The notes below the pieces were generated by a model, which had not been told where the DNA came from, ran no database searches, and worked only from the letters and a program-made list of their open reading frames with translations. The position numbers were made by a program, and so were the translations under genes. From Okamejei kenojei (lineage: Eukaryota): DNA of 64,000 nt. The DNA is taken from NCBI GenBank assembly GCA_035221665.1, contig CM069174.1, positions 8,742,001-8,806,000 of the forward strand, read 5' to 3'. Of this stretch, positions 1 to 20,028 are shown piece after piece. The stretch's first letter is position 1. Every line of letters begins with the position of its first letter.

Positions 1-299
1 TATAAAGGGGAAAATGTGTCCAGAATCTTTAAGAAACCATTCTCAAATGATATTTATTAGCAATCTAAAGAGGCTCTGCATGGCTCCAATAGGATTTTAG
101 ATAAACCCAGACTGAAAATAGATTTATTCTTACTTGAACAAAAAATATGCTGTAAGTTATCACTGCATGCTACTTTTAGTAAATTCAGTACAATTCCATC
201 AACCCCTTAAATAATGGGTTGAACAAATATTAAGGCACAATAGTGCTCCAGCAATACACTCACTATATTGGCATTAGTCATGGGAAATTATTTACAATT

Positions 300-1160
300 G
301 ATGACTTCCTGAAGTGATAAACGGTATGGCTGTTAAATTTGCAGAGGACGCAAAAATAGACAGGAAGCAAGTTGCGAAAAGGACAAGCAGTCCACAAAAG
401 GGATAGATTGTATAATGGGCATAAAGTGGCAAATGTAGCATAATGGGGGAAAGTTGTCTATTTTGGCAGTAATAACAAAATAGCATATAATCTAAAATGG
501 CAAGAGATTATAGATCTCAGAGTTGCACACAGAGTTTGCATGATCTGCAAAAGGTCGGCAGATCGTCCAAGTAATTGAGATATGATATTGATAGTTTAGT
601 GATAGGAACAATTAATACAAATGTCTGGAAGCCAAACTGGAGAAAATGTATATAGGGCACTGCTGATACCACACCTGGAGTACACCATTACCCTCCTTAT
701 TTCAAGTTGTTTTAATGCATTGGAGGCAGTTCAGGGAAAGTTTACTTGGCCAATGTCTAGAATGAGCAGAATGCCTTGGGGAAAAGTATTATATGGGCCA
801 GGTTTGTATCTGCTGGAATTTACAAGTGTGCTGACTATATTGAAACAAACAAGATCCTCAGGAGTCTTGACAAGGTGGGTGTGGAGCCTGTGTGTCTGTG
901 TCCGCGTGCGCGTGAGGGGAGTGAATGAGTGAGCAAGTGTGAAAGGCAGAATTCCTTCTCCGACTCTCAAAGGGTGGTGCAAATAGAACCCTTCAATGTT
1001 TTTAAGGCAGAGGCAGATATTTAGCAAGGAATGAAAGATTACTGCAGTTACACAGACACGTGGAGTCGAGGTTACAGTCAGATGAAATGTAATCAATTAA
1101 AAGGCAGAGCAGGCTTGTGGGGATAAGTGGCCAAACCCTGCTCCTAACTCTTATGTTCAT
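300..1160 (+). mobile_element. Decayed CR1/HER1-type LINE 3' fragment
   Basis: Remnant KFAxD and 'YRAL..PHLEY' RT C-terminal motifs; ends in the typical ...cctgctcctaactcttatgttc 3' tail; boundaries approximate. Confidence 0.7.
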
Positions 1161-1467
1161 AAATATCTCTTAATTGTCCCAATTCCCAAACAGTCCAATG
1201 GCTATTAACCCATTTCACCAAAGGTATTGGGAACAACATCAAATGAAGCAATTCACATTTTAAAAACTCAGCAATAGATTTATAAGCAAACTAAACTTAA
1301 TCTTTTAACAAACATGGCTGTTGTGAACCTTGACGCTTGCTCGGTCATGTCCAGCAAAGCAAAAAAAAAAAACGGGGAAAGTAAATGTAGGAGTGCACAG
1401 TCAGCGTTGCATGTGTCCGACGGCAGCGTGCTACAGTAAATGTAACTGGAGTTATTCCCCAAAAATT

Positions 1468-1580
1468 GCATACATCTCATCTGCAACTTGTACACACAGA
1501 ATACCAGAATTTTGAGTCTGATATTCAGAGTCTAATTCTTTTAGAATTTTGAAACCAACCCTCCACATCACTACAAATAT
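1468..1580 (-). repeat. Copy A of a ~100-nt duplicated intronic element (C/D snoRNA-like candidate), PA2G4 intron 4
   Basis: Shares a 27-nt identical block (tcatctgcaacttgtacacacagaata) and two further blocks with 2329-2426. The duplication is certain; RNA function is not. Confidence 0.6.
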
Positions 1581-2233
1581 TCATTCGAAAAAGCGGGATA
1601 AATGGTGATGATCACACTAGAGTGGGGAATTCTAAGAGCAGAGCTGTTCAGTCCGCACTAGAGGTGCATAACATCTGGGTCTATGGATAGAGATCAGAGT
1701 CACTTTTCTTTTTTTTTAAATCATTGCTGAGTTATTAAAATGTTAATTCATTGTGGAGCATATTCAGAGTCAGCTTCTTATGCCAAGAGAATGCAGGAAT
1801 CACACTTGTACCCATAATTATCACCACATTGAGCAGCTGCACTGTTGCGGAGAAGCTCTGAGGAAGACAAGAGTTTCCAATTCCCCTTCCTCTCTTCCTT
1901 GGGCAGACAGGCAGGTGTCCGCCACCTGTTATTGAGTAGTTTTAAGCTACTATTGCAAAAGGCCTGGCAACAGATCATTTACTTTCTCAACGAGGCACAG
2001 ATTTTTATTTTTATTTTTTAAATGAACAGAGAGATAAGTGACTCAATGTGCAGCAGGATTCCTTTTGTAAAAGTTTGAGCTGAAAATGAATTACACGTAT
2101 GCTGCCAAAATCTATCTCAATATTCTAAGCAGCCTCATTAACCAGAAGGCAGAGAACATTCCTTTCTATACAGCTAGAACATACCTCGGATATCGCAACA
2201 ACCTAACTGCTTGTACTCCAGAAATGAACATAC

Positions 2234-11140
<8,907 letters not shown>

Positions 11141-12354
11141 GTCTGGGAGAGTGGAATAACGAACAAACTGTAAGAGGGACTGAACAATAACAAGGAGTTT
11201 GCGTAGTGAGCAAGGCACGCTTATTATCGAATCCTCAAACTGACAGTTAAAACTGAGAGAGGCAGAGGAAAAGCAAGTGGGTGGTTCTTACAATACAATA
11301 GCGTTTATTATACCTTAAATTGAGGTGCAAATTTGAAACAGCTGATGTCATTGAACTAAATAAAATTTGAATTCCAATAGCACCATTTAAAAAGTATCAA
11401 ATATATATGTTTGAAGTGAAGACGGTTGTTATTGCTGGTATACCATAATTCGTGCATAGCAAACTACCAGACACAAGTGTGTGATAACTCGGTGTGTTGA
11501 GGGATAAAAATAGTTTAGGTTACTAGAGAGAACTTTTCTGCTCATCCAAACAGTCTTATGAGATTTTTTTTTAAAGAGGGCATAAAGAATATTAATTGAA
11601 TGTCACATCTGAAAGATAATAAATAGGTTACATCTCAACATGACCATGAACTTGCAGGAATGTTATCTCACGCTAGAGAGTGTCCAAACTGGCTTGGCAG
11701 AGGGATGGAACCTGAGAGAAACAAAGTTGGCAATGAGAGTGAGAAATGTGGTAAGTAAAATAAATAGGCATTTGAAAACACAGACAGGGTCAGAGGAAGG
11801 AAAAAATGTTAAAATGCGAAATTTAAAAGCAACATATCTTATTGAAAGTTACATCTGCAAGAAGGCGAGTGGATTAATAACACACATAGGCCTAAGTAGG
11901 AATTATCTAATTACCATCATGGAAACATGGCCAGACTTGGAAACTAAATATTTCATGGTATATGACATTTGAGAAGGACAGGCATAAGGAAAAAGGAGGT
12001 ATGAGATGGCACCAGTACAGTACGTACTCAGAAATGCTCAGAAATGATGCTGGCTTGGCAGATGGTGACATAGAATTAGAAACAATTTAAGTTTTGCCAA
12101 AAAACAGCAGGGGGCAGGAAACATTGGTGGGAGTTGTTCATAGGCATCTGAATAAAAGTCGTGATGAAGAGTGCACTGCAAATGAGCATATCAGAGATGT
12201 GCACGTATCATGGCATTTTGGTCCATTACTAGTCAGGGAAAATTTAGAGGCTGAATTCCTGGAATATAAATTCAGGTGACTTTCTGAACTGGTCTGTTGA
12301 GGAACAACAATTTTAGACCTAACACAGTACAGAAAGAAAGGTTTAATTAACAAG

Positions 12355-12450
12355 GTAGACACAAAAGGCTGGAGTAACTCAGCGGGACAAACAGCATCTC
12401 TGGAGAGAAGGAATGGGTGACGTTTCAGGTCGAGACCTTTCTTCAGACTT
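12355..12450 (-). mobile_element. Penelope-derived short repeat with hammerhead core
   Basis: Minus strand CTGAAGA-A-AGGT-CTCG-ACCT-GAAA-CGTC (12419-12446) plus the shared gctggagtaactcagcggg segment. Confidence 0.75.
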
Positions 12451-12930
12451 CAGTAAACTGCAGTAAAAGGTGTGATGTTGGACAAGCAGTGATTAGCAGT
12501 TAAAGAAATAATATGTGATTTGTAACAAATATACGTTCTTTCAAGGCAATAAAGACACAATGGGAAAATGAATTCATGGTTTACAAGAGATAGTAAAGAC
12601 AGTATTAAATCTAAGAAAAGTCTTATAAAGTTACCAGGCTGATATTGCATCCTTTTACAGATTCCAGCATTTCCCCCAATTAGCGATGTCAAACTAACAG
12701 GTTGGCCATTCCCTATATTTTTTTCCCAACGATGCTCAGAATAACAAAAATCAATGATCCTATAACTAACACTATTTCACCACAAAAGATGCTCTGCCAT
12801 GGTTTAATACTCAGCAACGGGTCCTATGTTGAACTTGAAGTCAATTCCCATGGGACTGGCAACTTGTAAAGTAACTACTGGAGATTTTCAAGGCTTTTTA
12901 TGAGGAAGTCAATATTCATTGATCGGTTCA

Positions 12931-13474
12931 GATTCAGATTCAGATTCCTTTATTGTCATTCAGACCTTTCGGTCTGAACGAAATTTGTTACCTTGCAGTC
13001 ATAACATGTAATAAATTAAAACAAAACACACAATAAACACATAATTTAACATCCACCACAGTGAGTTCACCAAGCACCTCCTCACTGTGGTGGAAGGCAA
13101 AAGTCTTTAAGGTCTTTGTCATTTTCCCCTACTTGTTCCCCCTCTGTACTGAGGCAATCCAGGCCTTCGATGTCATCGTCCACCAGGCCCGCGGCCGAGC
13201 CTCCGAAGCCAGGCCGTCACCGCCGCCGCCGCCGGAACGCCGGAACACACCACCACAGCCCCCAGCCAGGATCGACCACGGGAACGCTGGAGCCGCCGGA
13301 GCTCTGAAGCCGGGCCGCCGCTGGAGCACCTGCTGGAGAGCCGCCGGAGCGCCGAAGCCGGGCCGCCGCTGGCACAAAAATAACCCGCCGCCGCCGGGAG
13401 CGCCAATGCCGGGCCGCTGCTGGAGCACCGCTGGAGAGCCGCCGGAGAGCCGCCGGAGCGCCGAAGACGGGCTC
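12931..13474 (-). mobile_element. 5'-truncated non-LTR retroelement with (TGAATC)n tail, GC-rich internal repeats and 14-bp TSD
   Basis: TSD cattgatcggttca at 12917-12930 and 13475-13488; minus strand AATAAAG followed by (TGAATC)n; Rex1/Babar-like tail. Confidence 0.8.
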
Positions 13475-13954
13475 CATTGATCGGTTCATGGTAACTGAGC
13501 AAAACTTTTCAGAGGGATGGTGAATTTGTGCAAGGAGTTTGTAATGGGGTAAGAATACAAATAAATAGTTGCACAAAGAAATACAAGTGACCCCCCCACC
13601 ACCACAGTATGGCCATCCTAATTCACACTGACATAATTCACAAATTTGAGGCGAGGAATAAAATTTTCTTACATGGAATTCATGTGAAAAAAAAATTTAA
13701 CACAAGTTTTTTTCAACTTGCGTTTTTTGACCAGTGCACAGATGATGCAGCTTCACATTACAGAAAATCATGGTGCAGACCATTTCCTAGGAACGCAACC
13801 CCTCATAACATGGGGATCACCTGAATGTAGGAGCAGGTTGAACACTAATCAATGCACTTTTGAGCACTAATTGAGCACTACACAAAACCACTGTGTAGTT
13901 TGGGGCTAAGAATATTTTGATAATTAGGACCCCTTGGGCCAGATAGAATTCAAG

Positions 13955-14715
13955 TTACATAGAAAATAGGTGCAGGAGGAGGCCATTCAGCCCTTCATGC
14001 CAGCACCGCCATTCATTGTGGTCATGGCTGATCGTCCCCAATCAATAACCCGTGCCTGTCTTCTCCCCATATCCCTCGATTCCACTAGCCCCTAGAGCTC
14101 TATCTATTTCCAATTCGACATTCCAAGCCCCTGAGGCGTGTTCACCCAAGCGCCGGAGTTCCATCTTCCCGGCAAGAGGGCCTATAACATCGGACTGGCT
14201 GCGGAGGCCACAAATAGGCCCAGACCTCGGGTGATCACAGAGGAAGAGGACTGAACTTTCTGGTGCCTTTCCATACAGTGGAATTTTTTGATTCTGCTGT
14301 GGGGGGACGTTCATGTTGAATTCTATAATGTGTTGTGTCATTTTTCTTTTTTTTAATTTTTTTTCTATGGATCTACGGAAATTTAATTATTTCTTCTATG
14401 TAAAGCACTTTGGTTTCAACGCGAGTTGATTTAAACGTGCTATATAAATAAAATTTACTTACTTACTATCTAACTCTCTCTTAAATCCATCCAGTGATTT
14501 GGCCTCCACTGCTCTCTGTGGCGGTGAATTCCACAAATTCACAACTCTCTGGGTGAAAAAGTTTTTTCTCACTTCAGTCTTAAATGGCCTCCCCTTTATT
14601 CTAAGACTGTGGACCCTGGTTCTGGACTCGCCCAACATTGGGAACATTTTTCCTGCATCTAGCTTGTCCAGTCCTTTTATAATTGTATGTTTCTATAAAA
14701 TCCCCTTATGTTTCT
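13955..14715 (-). mobile_element. CR1/HER1 LINE 3' fragment interrupted by a nested insertion
   Basis: ORF 14459..14647 'ESRTR.HSLRIKG.PF.TEVRKNFFTQRVVNLWNS' is the CR1 ORF2 C-terminus. Confidence 0.85.
14107..14465 (+). mobile_element. Nested retroposon with L2-type 3' tail and 7-bp TSD
   Basis: TSD ctatcta at 14100-14106 and 14466-14472; ends tgtaaagcactttgg...gtgctatataaataaaa(ttac)n. Confidence 0.75.
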
Positions 14716-17186
14716 AGAAGATCCCCCACAAGTTGTGGCACAGGTAAATCAAACAACTAGAGAGATTTGCATTACAAAGTGGAGATGTGCAGTTGGAAGG
14801 AATGGGTGTTAAGGGAACAGTATATAGCGGGCAGTATGAGCAGCTAGCATGAACTGAGTTATTTTAAGCAAGGTAATGATTAGCGAGGTAGGTAAAGTGA
14901 TAGTTTTTTTTCTTGCAAACTGTACCAAACAGATCCAACTAAACAGAAGCTGTATGTTTTTTTTTTTAACTTTCTGAAATGTACAAGTTTTCATTAACAT
15001 TTTTACAATTTTCAAAAAACTGACTTTAATGATTGACATTCCCTTTGTTACATGATTTGGATGAGGAAGCATAAATTTGATTCCATTTATTTCAATATTA
15101 TTCAATTAGTGGAAATTAATTTCTGTTGAGCGAGATTTGATTTGCATATCAGTCTAAACTTTCACGATAAACTGCAATTAAAAAAAGCAAGGCTTGGTAA
15201 TTGTTATGAGATTTTCTATTTACAAAATATTACTTCATGGAATCTCATTCTTTGTTGCTTTTGGTGAATTGAAGGGAGTACTTTAAAGAAAGCTCATCAC
15301 AATACACAATATGTTATCAGGGCTTGTTACTGAATAAGTCCAAGTGTATCAATCACATGGTTTTCTAGAATTTCAGGATCAAATTTCAAGATTCTGTCCA
15401 TTTTTCCAAGTAAGAAATATGAGTGGCCTTGATTATTGTATATTGATTTACATTTGTATTAAATGTTTCTAAATTGGGTCATGTTCGGGTTTGGCTGATC
15501 TATCTTTTACTCTCAACCCCATTCTCCTGCCTGCTTTCCTTTGACACCCTTATTAATCAAGAACCTAACAATCTTGATTAGTATAACTGATGGAATATAT
15601 TTTCAGGGGCTTTGCAGTGGTAAGTTTCTGCAGTATAATAGCACGATAGGATGGGGATCTCGTGTATTAAGCAGTGGGATTTGATACTGAGCCTCTATCC
15701 CACTGGAAAGGGATCTGATAGCATTGGAGGGGGGGGGGGGGGGGGGGGGAGAAATTTGGAAGTAACGATGTAAAGGTCCCAGAATTGAGTCATTTTAGGC
15801 AGGAGAGGATTGTAAAGTCTGAAAGGCAAGGGAATGGTGGTAGGGTTTGTACTAGTAATGGGAGAGATGACTTTATCGCTGGCCTCGTATACCTATGGCA
15901 CATGCAGGTTCCTCAACCCCTTCACTATCATGAGCAAAACACGAAGAGCTGGGTGAACTCAGCTTGTCACACAGCATCTGGGGAAGGAATGGACAGGCAA
16001 CGTTTTTGGGTTGAGACCCTTCTTTGGTCCTCCATTATCATGTAACGTCGGTGTCAGGCTGACTAAGCTGGTATCACTCTGACTCACAAGCCAAGAGATT
16101 ATGGGCTCAGGATCAGCTCGAGTTTGACTCTTCAGTGCAATACTGGTTGTGAGAAATTGTGCTCAAAACAATCCTCAGCTCTCTACCTCACTCTGTAACA
16201 AGAATGCATAATGATTTATAACGGGCTACTGGAGCACTCTGCTCAGGGTCATTGTCAAGGCTTGCAAATAAAGAATGGCTATTTGAGGGAAGACCAAATC
16301 TGTTGGAACCAAATCCTCGCAAAGGAGGAAAAACTCATGGGAGGTATTTGAGGAACATCAAAGCAAATATGTTGCCTCATTTCCTAAGGCTTTGCTGGCC
16401 AAAGAAGGTTTCCTGTGCATTTTGCATCATGAACCAGCCCTCTCCCATTGACAGCCTTGTTCAGCCCTGTTTTAGCGCAATACAGAACAGCCTGTTCTGA
16501 ACGTCATACACCAGAACAAAAGAGGTGGTGTCTCTTTAATACATTGTTGTATTTTCTACATCCCTCGCACTGTGCAGACAGATTTGCCTGTTATGCCTGA
16601 AATATCTTTATGTTCATGAACTCTATTAAAACTATGCAATTTGCAGATATTTTCAAATGTTAGATATAGAAATATCACAGTCATTCTGTTGTTATGCAGA
16701 AATGAAACAGATTAATTTATAGCTATCCCGTTTCTATTTCTAATCACAACCTGACATATTTGGATAGGATGGCAGAAAATTCAGCTTCCTTAATGGAATT
16801 TTTCCAATTTCACAAGAGCTGTTTATCACCAGAGGTTACACAGAGACAGAAGACAACAAAATAAGAAATACGAAAAGCCTCCAACCATTTAAAAAGTAGC
16901 ACTGGGAGAAATCTTCCAGGTAAGTTGATCATAAAGGACCAGGAAAGGGGTAAAATGATGAAATAGGAAAGTAACAGTATCCCCTCCAATTTCCTTCCTT
17001 TATTTAATCGGAGGAGTTAATTCATTTTAAACGAAGATGGAGAAAGCAATTCCAACCATATTCATTAAACATTAACATACTGTTAATACATGCATAACTT
17101 CCACTGAGACAAAGAGAATATCAGTGTCTAATCAGTAATATTGTTACTCTTAACCTGATTCAAACAATTAGGGTTTCAATACAATC

Positions 17187-17676
17187 ATTATTATTACCCA
17201 TATCACACATCTGAGGTATGCTTTTACGAAATTGTATTCCCTTCGTTTTTACTGCCAGCAGGGGTAACAGGGGAATATTTTCTTATATTCCCCTTTCTTG
17301 CGAACGCCTATGGACTTTACCTGTTAAAACAGCGGGGAATATAGTCTTATATTCCCCTGGTCTCACATCCGGGAACTTGGCAACGTGACGGCAACGTGAC
17401 GCTGCGTGGGAAATTTAGAATATTCAAACGGCAGACAGGAAGACTGCCGCGTCCATTTTGGTTAAATTTTGCGTGGAAGTCCGCCGAGCTGAGATGTTAA
17501 AATTTTCCTCTAGATGTCTGATAATGGGTAATAATAACAATATTGACTGTCCTCTTTCGGGGGATACGACATATATTGCCCTCACTAGATCCATATTGTC
17601 TTCGACTCGGGCAATATGAATCTACTTCAGGCAATATATGTCGTATCCCCCTCAAGGCCAGTCAATATTCTATTAA
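17187..17676. mobile_element. Highly palindromic non-autonomous DNA element (Crypton-like, tentative)
   Basis: ~30-bp inverted repeat 17188-17216 / 17507-17537, ~130-bp hairpin 17539-17669 and two internal arm-spacer-arm palindromes; CpG-rich within AT-rich flanks; no ORF. Confidence 0.6.
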
Positions 17677-18193
17677 TAGTGAGCTATTCAGACTGTGGAG
17701 ATGATTCTGATATTCAATTAGGTCGTGGTTTGTAGCTCAGTTCTATTTACCTACCTTTAATTCATGTTCCTGGATATTCTTTACAAACAACAACAAAAAT
17801 CAAATCTCAGGTGTTGGAAATGTCAAAGATCCCTCGGCACCACCCCCCACGCAGCCTTTTGTGGGACTTTTCACTGACCTTTGTGTGAAGAATTATTTTC
17901 CAATTCACCCCTGAAAGTTCCAGTTCAAAATCCTCCACCAGAAGAAATATAGTGTCTAGGCATGTACCCTCACTAATCCCTTTACCGAGAACACATCGAT
18001 TTGATCACTTCAACACAAGGGTTAAAGGGGAAGCTTAATTTGTGTTGTGATGATGTTCCTGCTGTGCAAAACATTCTTATTCTTAACAGTTAGGAGAAGA
18101 CAAGCAAAAGTAAAAACATTATGGTTTTCTTGTTGATCAAATCTTTGAGCTCAATCTCACAAGATGAGTGCAGATTTTTTTTTTACACAAATA

Positions 18194-18199
18194 TTTATT
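18194..18199 (-). terminator. Candidate distal ERBB3 poly(A) signal AATAAA (alternatives at 18440, 18643 and 21354)
   Basis: TTTATT on + strand within U-rich 3'UTR-like sequence downstream of the ERBB3 stop; usage unproven. Confidence 0.35.
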
Positions 18200-19139
18200 T
18201 TAATTTTACACAAGGGGCTGTACAGCTTCCAACCAGTTCCCCGAGATTCCGTAAAAACAGCACTAAGTACAATAGCAATTAAGAAACTAAACAAGAAGCG
18301 ACATATACTCGTCTCCCTATTTTACACTACAATCATCTTTGTATTTAATACTCAGCAAGTCTTCGGTCACAAACTCATACTGTGTAAAACATAATCACAT
18401 TAATCCTGATAAATCTTTAAAAAATAGAAAATTAAAAGTTTTATTTTACCACGGTTTTCTTCATTCCAGTCAACATAATATATTAAGCACTGTAGTGCCA
18501 GAAAATGAAAATGTCAGTCCTGTAGGTATTAGAATTTGATTACTTCAAGAGACGATTGGTTTGAAGTAATCACAGGGTTAATTCTACATGAAATAACCCT
18601 CTGAAACTTGTTACAGTCCTCAAGCAGCAACAAAGGCACTCTTTTATTAAATAAAATAGTTTCCCCTTCTCCATTGTAACCCCCTCTGAAGGCACAGCCA
18701 GTCTTGGGGCACAGATTCAGTTGCCCTTCATTCAGCTTTTCTTCATGTGAGAGTCCAGGAAATATCAGTGGGTTGATTGGTGAACATACAGATTCCAAGC
18801 AGTAGGAACATCCCTGAAAATGTGCACTAAAATGGCACTGTGCAAAGACCTGTGTGAGTTTTGTGTGCGCTCCCCAGGCAGCGATATTCTATCACACATC
18901 GTAGAATAAGCTTTTCACTAGGAAAACCATACAAAGGCCTTTCCACTGCGAACTCTCAATTATGCAGAATGGACATGACGCAGGAAGCAAGTCGGACGAC
19001 AGATGTTGGGGGAGGTTGAGCAGGCTAGGACAACTTAAAGGTGGGCATGTTCAGAGGCAGGGTTCGATCAGAGTCGCTGTACTGAGCACAGGCCCCAAGG
19101 ATCTTTGGTGGGAAGGCAGCAATCACTGAAGAAAGTGCA

Positions 19140-19700
19140 CCAATCTGGAAGGTGGATACTTTAGACTCCAATGTATAAGACATTGGTGAGGCCATGTTTA
19201 AAGTATTATGTTCAGTTTTCCTACACCAGGCTGTAGGAAAGATGTTGTCAAGCTGGAAAGGGTGCAGAGAAGATTTATGAGGATGTTGCCAGGACTCAAG
19301 GGCCTGAGCAATATGGAGAGGTTGAGCAGGCAAGGACTTTTATTCCTAGGAGCGCTGGAGGATGATGGGTGATCTTATAGGGATGTACAAAATCATAAGA
19401 GGAATAGATTGGGTAAATGCAGTCTTTTGCCCAGAGTAGGGGAATCAAGAACCAGAGGACATAGGTTTAAGGTGAAGGGGGAGAGATTTAATAGGAATCC
19501 AAGGGGTGACTTTAAAAAATATATAAACACAAAGGTTGGTAGTGGTATGGAAGGAGCTGTGGAGGAGGTAGTTGAGGCAGGTACTATCGCAACATTTAAG
19601 AAACATTCAGACGGGTACATGGATAGAATAGGTTTAGAGGGATATGGGCAAATGCAGGCAGGTGGGACTAGTGAAGATGTGGCGTTGTATGATTCGATGA
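19140..19700 (+). mobile_element. CR1/HER1 LINE 3' fragment
   Basis: ORF 19409..19708 'LLPRVGESRTRGHRFKVKGERF...EVVEAGTIATFKKH.D.YM'. Confidence 0.85.
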
Positions 19701-19734
19701 CCATCTAGAGGCAGCTAGATAAGGCCAGGCTTGG

Positions 19735-20028
19735 GTTGATTGAAAGATACAGTATGGTAACAGGCCCTTCGGCCCACCAAGTCCGTGACGACCATTGGCA
19801 CTAGTTCCATGTTATCCCACTAATGCATTCTCGCCTTACACGAGGGGCAATTTTGAAGAGGCCAATTAACCTACAAACCCGCACATCTTTGAGGTGTGGG
19901 AGGAAACCGGAGCACCCAGGGGAAACTCACACAAGTTACTGGGAGAATGTGCAATACCAGAAGTCAGAATTAAACCCGGCTCTCTGGTGATGTGAGGCAG
20001 CAGCTCTTCAGCAGTGCCACTGTGCCGC
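19735..20028 (-). mobile_element. HE1-type tRNA-derived V-SINE
   Basis: Reverse complement of the V-domain (gggtgctccggtttcctcccaca) and tRNA-like head; same family as 43945-44260. Confidence 0.8.

Noticed and set aside
13061-13576. Five overlapping Pro/Ala/Arg-rich ORFs
   Set aside because: They lie in the GC-rich repeats of a TSD-flanked retro-insertion and show no recognisable domain.
15729-15749. Long poly-G runs (also ~26710 and ~34485) as G-quadruplex elements
   Set aside because: These are homopolymers of uncertain assembled length, two of them inside Penelope-derived repeats, with no evidence of function.
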